A stretch of 64,000 nucleotides of DNA from NCBI RefSeq assembly GCF_009914755.1, contig NC_060945.1; one strand, written 5' to 3'. A program made the translations under genes and the position numbers. This DNA is from the human T2T-CHM13v2.0 reference genome, Homo sapiens. Within the stretch, counting starts at the first letter, position 1, and the number at the start of each line of letters is the position of its first letter. A model generated the notes under the pieces. The model made no database searches. It saw nothing but the letters and a program-made list of their open reading frames with translations, and had not been told where the DNA came from. Below are positions 53,336-64,000 of this stretch, in pieces.

Positions 53336-55306
53336 GTGTGCTCTGTAAATCTTCAGTTGTCACAGCAAAGAGGAAAGTTTTCTCTGTTCTTTTTTTTCTT
53401 ATTTTTTTTGTGGGTACATAGTAGGTGTATATATTTATGGGGTACGTGAGATATTTTGATATAGGCATACAATGCATAACAATCACATCAGGGTAAATAG
53501 AGTATCCATCACCTAAGCATTTATCCTTTCTTTGTGTTACAGACAATCCAATTATACTCTTTTCGTTATTTTCAAATGTACAATGAATTATTGGTGACTA
53601 CAGACACTTTGTTGTGCGATCAAACACTAGATCTTATTCATTCTATATAACTATATTTTTGTACCCATTAACCATCCCCGTTTCCTTCCCTCACCCCCAC
53701 CCTGACCTCTCTACCCTACCACCCTTCCCAGCCTCTGATAGCCATCATTATACTCTGTTTCCATGATTTCAATTGTTTTCATTTTTATCTCCCACAAATA
53801 AGTGAGAACATGCACATTTTATCTTTGTGTGCCTGGCTTATTTCACTATACATAATGTCTCCCAGTTCTATCTATGGCATTGCAAATGGCAGGATCTCAT
53901 ATTTTATGGCTGAATATTACTCCACTGTGTATATGCACTACATTTTCTTTGTCCATTTGTCTGTTGATGGACACTTAGAATATTTCCAAATCTTGGCTAT
54001 TGTGAATAGTGCTGCAAAAACATAGGAGTGCAGATAGCTCTTTGATACACTCATTTCCTTTCTTCAGGTATGTATAGAGCAGAGGGATTGCTGGATCCTA
54101 TGGTAGCTCTATTATTAGTTTTTCTGAGGAAACTCCAAACCATTCTCCACAGTGGTTGTTCCAATTTACATTCCAACCAAAGGAGTACAAGAGATCCCTT
54201 TTCTAGCCATTCTCATCAGCATTCATTATTGCCTGTCTTCTGGATAAAAGTCATCACAACTGGAGTGAGATGGTATCTCATTGTAGTTTTGACTTTTATT
54301 TCTCTGATGATCAATGATGTTAATTAAGCATCTTTTCATATTCCTGTTTGTCATTTGTGTTTCTTCTTTAGAAAATGTCTATTCAGATCCTTTGCATATT
54401 TTAAAATCAGATTATTACATTTAATCCTATTGAGTTGTTTGAACTCTTTGTATGTTCTGGTCATTAAGCCCTTGTCAGATGGGTAGTTTGCAAATATTTT
54501 CTTCCCTTCTGTGGGTTATCTCTTCACTTTGTTGGTTGTTTCTTTTATTGTGCAGAAGCTTTTCAACTTGATGTGATCCCATTTGTCCATTTTTGCTTTT
54601 GTTGCCTGTGGTTGTGGGGTATTACTCAAGAAATCTTTGCCCATACCAATGTACCAGATAGTTTACCAAATGTTTTCTTTTAGTAGTTTTAGAGTTTGAG
54701 ACCTTAGAATTAAGCCTTTGATCCATTTTGATTTGATTTTTCCATAGTGATAGGTAGGGATCTAGCTTCATTCTTCTGCATATGAATATTTTGTTTTCCC
54801 AATGCCATTTATTGAAGAGGCTGTCCTTTCCCCAATGTATGCTTTTGGCATCTTTGTCAAAAATGAATTCACTGTAGATATATGGATTTATTTCTGGGTT
54901 TTATCTTCTGTTCCATTGGTCTATATGTCTATTTTTATGCCAGTACCTTGCTGGTTTGGTTACTACAGTTCTGCAGTATAATTTGAAGTCAGGTAATGTG
55001 AGTCTTTTATTTTTGTTCTTTTTGCTTAGGATAGCTTTGGCTATTCTGGGTCTTTTGTGGTTCCATATAAATTTTAGAATTATTTTTTCTATTTCTGTAA
55101 AAAAATATCATTGGTATCTTGATAGAGATTACATTGAATCTATAGAGTGCTCTGGGTAGTATGGACATTTTAATAGTATTGTTTCTTCTATTCCATGAAC
55201 ATAGACAATCTTTCCATTTTAGTGTGTCCTCTTCAATGTTTTGCATCAATGTTTTATAGTTTACATTGTGGAGATGTTTCACTTCTTTGCTTAAGTTTAT
55301 TCCTAG

Positions 55307-55620
<314 letters not shown>

Positions 55621-58378
55621 ATTCCTAGTTTTCTTTTTATCTTATTTGTAGCTATTGTTAAAGGGATTACTTTCTTGATTTCTTTTTCAGATTATTCACT
55701 GCTGTCAAATAGAAATACTACTGATTTTTTATGTCGGTTTTGTATCCTGCAACTTTACTAAATTTGCTTATCAATTCTAATAGTTTTTATGGAGTCTTTA
55801 GGTTTTTCCCAAAATAAGATCATGTTATCTGCAAATAAGGATAACTTTACTTCTTCCTTTTCAATCCAGATGCCCTTTATTTCATTTGTCAAATTTCTCT
55901 AGCTAGTGCTTCCAATACAATGCTGAATAACAGTGGTGAAAGTGGGCATCCTTGTTTTGTTCCAGATCTTAGAGGAAAGCCTTTTGGTTGTTCCTCATTC
56001 GGGAGAAGACTAGCTTGGGTCAGTTGTATATGGCTTTTATTGTGTTGAGGTATGTTCCTCCTATATCCAGCTTTTTGAGAATTTATATCATGAAGAGATA
56101 TTGAATTTGATCAGATGACTTTTCAGTAACAATTAAAATGATCAGATGGTTTTTGTTCTTTATTCTGCTGATATGATGTATCACATAGGTTGATTTGTGT
56201 ATCAACATCCTTGTATCCCTGGGATAAATCCCACCTGGTCATGATAAATGATTTTTATTAATATGTTGTTGAATTCAATTTGCTAGTATTTTGTTGAGGA
56301 TTTTTGCGTCAATGTTCATCAGGGATATTGGCCTATACATTTTTTTTGTTGTTGATGTATCTTTGTCTTGTATTGATTTTAGCATAACACTGTCCTTGTA
56401 GATTTAGTTTGGAAGTATTCCCTCCTCCTCTACTTTTTGAAATAGCTTGAATCAGATTGGTATTAGTTTTCCTTTAAATGATTGCTAAAATTCAGCAGTG
56501 AAGCCATTGGGTCTTGGGCATTTCTTTGCTGGGAGACTTTTTATTACAGCTTTGATCTTATTACTTGTTGCTGATCTGTTCAGATTTTGGATTTCCTCAT
56601 GATTCAATCTTGGTAGGCTTTATGTGTCTAGGAATTTATCCATTTCTTCTAGACTTTCCAATTTATTGGCATATAGTTGCTCATAGTAGCCTCTAATGAT
56701 CCTTTTAATTTCTGCAGTATTAGTTTTAATGTCTCCTTTTTCATCTTTGATTTTATTTATTTGACTCTTTTCTCTTTTTACTTAGTCTAGCTAATGGTTT
56801 GTTGATTTTGTTTATCTTTTCAAAAAGCAACTTTTAATTTCATTGAACTTTTGTATTTTTTGTTTCAATTTTATTTATATCTGAGCTTTATTATTTCTTT
56901 TTTCTAGCAATTTTGGGTTTGTTTTTTCTCTTATTTTTCTAGTTATTAAAGATGTATTATTAGGCTGTTTGAAGTTTTTCTACTTCTTTGATGTAGACAC
57001 TTATAACCATATATTTCCTTCTCAGTACTGCTTCTGGTATGCTTTTTGATATGTTGTGTTTCCATTGTGATTTATTTCAAAAAAGTTTTTAATTTCCTTC
57101 TTTATTTCTTCATTGACCCATTGGTCATTCAGGAGCATATTTTTGAATTCCCATGTGTTTGTATAGTTTCCAAAACTCCTCTTGTTATTGATATCTAGTT
57201 TTATTCTATTATGGTCAGAGAAGGTGCTTGACATTATTTCCATTTTTAAAAAAATCTTTTAAGACTTGTTTTGTGGCCTAACACACAGTCCATTCTTAAG
57301 AATGATCCATGTGCTAAGAAACCAAATGTGTATTCTGCAGCTGGAAAAAAAATTGTTCCGTAAGTGTCTGTTAATATTAGGTCCATTTGGTCTAACTGCA
57401 GACTAAGTCCAATGTTTCTTACTTTATTTTCTGTCCACATGCTCATCTAATGCTGAAAGTGGGCTGTTGAAGTCTCCAGCTATTATTGTATTGGGGTCTA
57501 TCTCTCTTTTTAGCTCTAATAATATTTGCTTTAAATATCTAATTGCTCCAGTGTTGGGTGCATATATATTTACAATTATTATATCTTCTTGCTGAATTGA
57601 CCTCTTTATCATTACTTAATGAGCTTTTTTGTCTCTCTTCATAGATTTTTTTCTTGAAATCTATTTTATTTTATATAAGTGTAGCTAGTCCTGCTCTTGT
57701 TTTGTTTTCATTGGCATAGAATATCTTTTTCCAACCCTTTATTTTCAGTCTATATGTATCTTTGTAGTTAAAGTATCTTTTTTGTAGGCAACAGATTATT
57801 GGGTCTTGCTTTTTAATCCAGTTAGTCACTCTATGTCTTTTGAATGGAGAGTTTAGTACATTTGCATTCAATGTTACTCTTGATAAGTAAGGATTTACTC
57901 TTGCTGTTTTGTTGTTTTCTGATTGTTTTGTGGTCTTTTATTCCTTTATTCCTTCCTTCCTATCTTTCTTTAGTGAAGGTGCATTTCTCTGGTGGTATGT
58001 TTTAATGTCTTGCTTTTTATTTTTTGTGTGTTTGTTGTAGGTTTTTTTATTTGACATTATCATGAGGCTTGCAAGGAATATCTTATAACCTGTTATTTTA
58101 AACTGATGATAACTTACCACTGATTATATAAACAAACTAACAAGCAAAAAAAAAAAAAACCTTAATAAAAAGTCTACATTTTAACTTTATCCCTCCTTTT
58201 TAACTTTTTGTTGTTTCTATTTAGTTCTTATCATAATGTCTATGTCTTGAAAAGTTGTACATCTTATTTTTGACAGGTTCATCTTTTGGTCTTTCTACTC
58301 AACGTATGTGTAGTTTGCACTCCACAATTACAGTGTGATGATATTGATGATATTTTGTCTTACTGTGTCCTTGTCCTT

Positions 58379-58720
58379 CTTTTTTTTTTTTTTTTTTTTT
58401 TTTTGAGATAGGGTCTCACTCTTCCAGGCTGGAGTGGAGTGGCTCAATTTTGGCTCACTACAACCTCCGCCTCCCAGGCACAAGCAATCCTCCCACCTCA
58501 GCATCCCAAGTAGCGTGAACCACCACACCTGGCTAATTTTTGTGTTTTTTTTTAGAGATGGGTTTTGTATTTTTAGTAAGATGGATTTTGTGTTTTATGT
58601 AGAGATATTTTTTGTAGAAATGGGTTTCCTCATGTCTCCCAGGCTTGTCTCAAACTCCTGAGCTCAAGTGATCCTCCTTTCTTGGCCTCCCACAATGCTG
58701 AGATTACACCATGCCTGGCC
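58379..58720 (-). mobile_element. AluJ in L1, with reiterated linker
   Basis: GAGATAGGGTCTCACTCT, CAAGCAATCCTCCCACCTCAG, CTCCTGAGCTCAAGTGATCC. Confidence 0.88.
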
Positions 58721-59602
58721 TGTACTTACTATTAACAGTGAGTTTTGTACCTTCAGATGATTTCTTACTGCTCATTAACATCCTTTTTATTTGAGATTGA
58801 AGAACTCCTTTTAGCATTCCTTTTAAGACAGGTCCAGTGTTGAAATCCCTCAGCTTTTGTTGGTCTAGGAAAGTATTTCTCCTTCATGTTTGAAGGATAT
58901 TTTCACTGGATGTACTATTCTAGGATAAAAGTTTTTTCTTCATCACTGTGAATATGTCATGCCACTGTCTCCTAGCCTGTGAAGTTTCCAATGAGAAACT
59001 TCTCTGCCAGGCATATTGAAGCTCCTTTTTATGTTATTTTTTTCCCTTGCTGTTTTTAAGATCCATTCTTTATCCTAGACCTTTAGGAGTTTGATTATTA
59101 AATGTTTTGAGGTAGTCTTATTTTGATTAAGGTGTTCTATAGCCTTCTTGTACTTGATTATTAGTATCTTTTTCTAGATTTCAGAGGTTCTCTGTTCTTA
59201 TACCTTTGAATAAACTTTCTATCCCTATCTCTCTTTCTATCTTCTCTTTAAGGCCAATAACTCTTAAATTTGCCCTTTTGAGGCAATCTTCTAGATCTTG
59301 TAGGCATACTTCATTCTTTTTTATTCTTTTTTCTTTTGTCTCTTCTGACTATGTATTTTAAATAACCTATCTTCAAGCTCACTAATACTTTCTTTGGCTT
59401 GATTAATTCTGCTGTTAAAAGTCTGATGTACTCTTCAGTATGTCGTACTCTTCAGTATGTCGATTGCATTTTCAGTTCTAGAATTTCTGCTTGATTCTTT
59501 TTAATTATTTTAATTAATTTGTTTAATTTATCTGATAGGATTCCAAATTCCTTCTCTGTGTCATCCTGAATTTTGTTGTGCTTCCTCAAAACAGCTATTT
59601 TG

Positions 59603-59913
59603 TTGTTTTTGTCTATTTTCTTTTTTTGAGACAGGGGCTCACTCAGTCCTCCAGGCTGAAGTGCAATGGTGTGATCATGGCTCAATGCAGCCTCTACCTC
59701 CCAGGCTCAAGCAATCCTCCTGCCTGATCCTCCGAAGTAATTGAGATCACAGACATATGATATCACCATACCCAGCTAATTAATAAAATTTTTTTTGTAG
59801 AGATGGGGTCCCACTATGTTGCCCAGACTGGTTTGAAACTCCTGGGCTCAAGTAGTCCTCGTCTCACCCTCGCAAAGTGCTGGAATTACAGACATGAGCC
59901 ACTGCACCCAAAC
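59603..59913 (-). mobile_element. AluJ in L1 ORF1 region
   Basis: J diagnostics and a perfect TSD AAACAGCTATTTTG. Confidence 0.92.
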
Positions 59914-61943
59914 AAACAGCTATTTTGGATCATCTGTCTGAGAGTTCACATACTTCGGTCTCTCTGGACTGGGCACTGGTGTCTCATTTAGTTTGGTTAG
60001 GTCATGTTTTTCTGGGTGGTCTTGATGCTTGTGGATGTTCATTGGTATCTGGGCATTGAATATTTAGGTATTTATTGAAGTCTTTACAGTCTGTGCTTGT
60101 TTTTACCCATCCTTCTTGGAAAGCTTTCCGATAATTCAAAGGGACCTGAATGTTATGATCTAAGTCTTTGGTCACTGTAGCCATGTCTCCATTTAGAGGA
60201 CATCCCAAGGCCAGTAGCACTGTGGCTCTTGCAGTCTCATAGATGTACCACTTTGGTGCTCTTGGGTAAGATCTGGAGGAATTCCTTGAATTACCAGGGA
60301 GAGACTCTTGTTCTCTTCCTTACTTTACCCCAAACAAATGGAGTCTCTCTCTCTTCCCTTACTTTCCCCCAGACAAACTGGGTCTCTCTCTCTTTCTCTG
60401 TGCTGACCTGCCTAGAGCTGGAGGAGGGGTGACACAAGCACCCCTGTGGCCACCACCACTGATACAGAACTGGGTCAGACTTGAAGCCAACACAGCACTC
60501 GGTCTCACTCAAGGCCCACAGTGACCACTGCCTGGCTACCGCCTATGTTCACTCAAGGCCCAAGGACTCTACAATCAGCAGGTGGCAAATTCAGCCAGGT
60601 TTGTGTCCTTCCCTTCAGGGCAAGGAGTTCCCTGGGGCCCTGGGCAGGTCCTGAAATGCTGTCTGGGAGCCAGGGCCTGGAGTCAGGAATCTTAGGAATC
60701 TACCTGGTACTGTATTCTACTGCAGCTGAGCTGGCACCCAAGCCACAAGACAAAGCTCTTACCACTCTTCTCCCCTTTCCTCATGCAGAGGAGTGTCTCC
60801 CAGTGGCCACCACTGCCCCAGGCTGGTGGTAAGTAATTCCTGGTTACCTCCTATGTTGACTCAAGGCCCAAGGACTCTGAAGTCAGCTTGTGGTAAATGC
60901 TGCCAGGCCTGGGTCTTTCTCTTCAGGGCAGTTGACTCCCCTCTGGCCCAGGACTTGTCCAGAAATGCCATCCAGAATCCAAGGCCTGGAATCAAGGACC
61001 CCAGGTGCCTGCTTGGTGCTCTATCCCACTGTGGCTGAGCTGGTAACCAAGCTGCAAGACATAGTCCCCTTTACTCATTCCTCTCCTTTTCTTAAACAGA
61101 AAAAAAGTCTCCTTGTGGCCAATACAGCTGTAAATGTGCTAGGTCACACCTGAAGCCAGCATAGCTGTGAGCCGAACCCAAGGCCTGCAGTGAGTACTGC
61201 CTGGCTTCCACTGTTGATTATTCAGGGCCCAAGTGCTCTTTAGTCAGCTGGTGATAAATCCTGCCCATTCTGAGTCCTTCCTGTCAAGGCAATGGGTTCC
61301 CTTCTGGCAAAAGGTGTGTCTACAAATGTCAACAGGGATAGGGCCTGGAACGAGGGGCCTCAGGACTCTGCCTGGTCCCCTGTTCTACTGTGGTTCAGCT
61401 AGTACCCAAGTTGCAAGACATAGTGCTATTTTCTCTCCCCTCTCCTCTCTTCAAGTGGAGTCTCTCCTGGAGCTGTGAGCTGCATTACCAGGGTCTGGGG
61501 GAGGGGTGGCTCAAGCACTCCCTCGGCCTCCCCAGCTGGTGTCTCACTAGATTGTATGCATCCCAAGTCCACTGCTCTGAACCCAGCACAACATCAGGAC
61601 TTGCCCAGGAATTGCAGTCCTTGTGGCCTAGGCTACCTTTCAAGTTTATTTAGGACCCCATAGCACACAAAGTGGTGGGGTTTGCAGGAACTCAGGTTCT
61701 GACCACTGGAATGGATGATTTGCCTCTGGCTAGGGCTGGTCTAAATGCTCCGTTTCGTGGGTACTGGCTGATTTCTGCCCCCTTTTGCTTTCTGCTATAA
61801 CAGGGTAGCACTGAGTTCCAGTGCAAAGTCCCACAATCAATGCATTCTCCCTCCCCAACGTGCACAGATTCTCTCTCCAAGCCACATGGCTGCTACCAGG
61901 CAATGTGGTAGGAGCGGCATTGGCAATTCAAGACTGCCTTTTC

Positions 61944-62581
61944 AAGACACAACAAAAAAAGAAAATTTCAGGCCAATATCCCTGATGAACATTAATGTGA
62001 AAATTCTCAATAAAATACTGGCAAACTGAATCCAGCGGCACATCAAAAAGCTTATCCATTACGATCAAGTCGGCTTCATACCGACTTGCCTCCAAAGCTT
62101 GCCTCCAGCTTTGTTCTTTTTGCTTAGGATTGTCTTGGCTATATGGGCTCTTTTTTGGTTCTATATGAAATTTAAAGTAGTTTTTTTTTCTAATTTTTTG
62201 AAGAAAGTCAATGGTAGCTTGATGGGGATAGCATTGAATCTATAAATGTCACATCCGTTGCACGGACATGAATGAAGCTGTAAACCATCATTCTCAGCAA
62301 ACTAACACAAGAACAGAAAACCAAACACCGCATATTCTCACTCATACATGGGAGATGAACAATGAGAACACATGTACACAGGGAGGGGAATACCACACAC
62401 TGGGGCCTGTCGGGGGTTGGGGTGCTAGGGGAGGGATAGCATTAGGAGAAATACCCAATGTAGATGACCGGTTGATGGGTGCAGCAAACCACCATGGCAC
62501 GTGTATACCTATGTAACAAACCTGCACGTTCTGCACATGTACCCCAGAACTTAAAGTAAAATAATAATAATAATTTTAAAA
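61944..62581 (+). mobile_element. Rearranged L1PA (about L1PA6-8) insertion, sense/antisense/sense
   Basis: TSD AA(G/T)ACTGCCTTTTC. Sense RT piece 61944-62080, antisense ORF2 piece 62100-62247, sense 3' end 62248-62581. Confidence 0.9.
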
Positions 62582-62747
62582 AATACTGCCTTTTCTACCC
62601 TTTTCAGGGCCTCTTCCTTAGTAGGATGTGAAAACCAGGTACTATAATTGCTCACCTGATTTTTGGTTCTTATGAGGGTGGTTTTCTGTGTGGATAGTTG
62701 TTCAACTTGGAGCTCCTGCAGGGGGAACAAACAGTGGAAGCTTCTAT

Positions 62748-62770
62748 TTGGCCATCTTGCTCCACCTCCC
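62748..62770 (-). promoter_or_regulatory. L1 5' terminus with YY1 motif (CAAGATGGCC)
   Basis: The plus strand reads GGCCATCTTGCTCCACCTCCC at the element start. Confidence 0.65.
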
Positions 62771-63652
62771 ACTGAAAAGTATTTTTATGCTAAGCAATTT
62801 GAAAATATTTAGATGAATAATTTTTAAATAGAGGAAAATCTCTACTCTGAAATCCAAAGTCTTCTGAGTCCATTCTGTTTTTTGTCATGCTAAAAATATG
62901 AGGCTTACATATTTTTTACACAGGCCAAATTCTGCTCAGTTAAATACAGCAGATTGTTTAGATTGGTATCTTAAACACAAACTAGATAATCTGGTTCCGT
63001 TGCTTCCATGGCATCTGAATTGGTGTCATCCTCTTTTTCAGAACAAATATCTAAGGATGTTTCCAAGGCATCACAATATTATATTGGCCTAGTTAGAACA
63101 GAAGTGTCATCTCTAAATCTCACACGTGTGTGTGAATGCAAGCACCCTTACTGGTAGAGAACCAGGAAGTCCTTGGTCTGTAAATACCCCAAGAAAGAAA
63201 ACCACTGCTAGCAATATTATAATGCATAAACTAAGCATGATATTTTTAAATATAATTCACACATCCAAGTGTGTGTTGCTGCCTTTACAGTATCCATTTG
63301 GGAAGTTGTGCATTTATTCTAATGAGATTGGCATTGTTCAAAACATGATCTGGAGTTTCTTTTCAACAATGATCTTAATTGTCTGTGGCACATATTTTTG
63401 ACTGTCCATATGGTAAAGTATCTTTATCTTTTGTGTGTAAACTTGATTTCAAAATAACCAAAAGTAAGTCAGAAGTAAATTTTAAGAACAAGAAAGACAA
63501 TTAAATTGGGAAATCCCATAAACAGGTAAGGTGGGTACTGAAGAAGATTTATCTGGATGTATTTACCTTTTGTGAGTTATTAATTTTGCTATACCTCATA
63601 CAGTCAAGTCTTCTTTGAGACAGTTTTGTTGTCTTTACCTTCAGAAGTTATA

Positions 63653-63699
63653 TTAGGTTGGTGCAAAAGTAATTGTGGTTTTTGCCATTAAAGGTAATG
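63653..63699. mobile_element. MADE1 (Hsmar1 MITE) half copy
   Basis: TTAGGTTGGTGCAAAAGTAATTGTGGTTTTTGCCATTA after a TA. Second TIR absent. Confidence 0.85.
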
Positions 63700-64000
63700 T
63701 TATTAATAATATCCTGAATTTTACTCTTGACAAAAAGCATAGGTTTTATATTATCTGTGTATATGAGAATGCATGAATGTGTGTATTTTCATAACAAAAT
63801 GGAAGCAAAAATTCTATAGAATTCAATCTTTTATATTTAGCAAAAACAAATATTCCATATATTGTTTAATTCAGCATTGAATAATTAAGCAAAATACTTG
63901 CAATTAACTTGCACATAAACTTCTTAAAAGATATCACATCAAAATATGAGATTTCTTTAAGCTATGTCTTCAATATTTTATGCAAAGATCTGTTCTGAAA

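Overview
Human genomic DNA (an AluYb8-family copy, which is human-specific, sits at 33961). The window is AT-rich, dominated by repeats, and looks intergenic or deep intronic. I cannot support any protein-coding gene, RNA gene, CpG island or CRISPR-like array. The ORF track is explained by Alu, LTR and L1 remnants or by chance. Main contents: about 15 Alus (J to Yb8), many MaLR/ERVL LTRs including a complete two-LTR THE1 element (8942-11242), Tigger3/MER5A/MADE1 DNA transposon pieces, MIR/L2 relics, and an essentially full-length old L1MA element (53391-62770, minus strand) with four younger insertions. I found no convincing new biological system. The most interesting items are local rearrangements: (1) 75-bp inverted arms flanking a ~0.9-kb quasi-palindromic AT-rich minisatellite (40247-41378); (2) a sense/antisense/sense L1PA insertion with a hairpin junction (61944-62581); (3) a 142-bp non-TE direct duplication 1.4 kb apart. 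Also noted: an ancient L2-clade ORF2 relic, a candidate ETS/NF-kB enhancer, a CTCF motif and a candidate short exon. Repeat subfamily names are from memory of consensus sequences and need RepeatMasker/Dfam confirmation. Boundaries of old elements are approximate.
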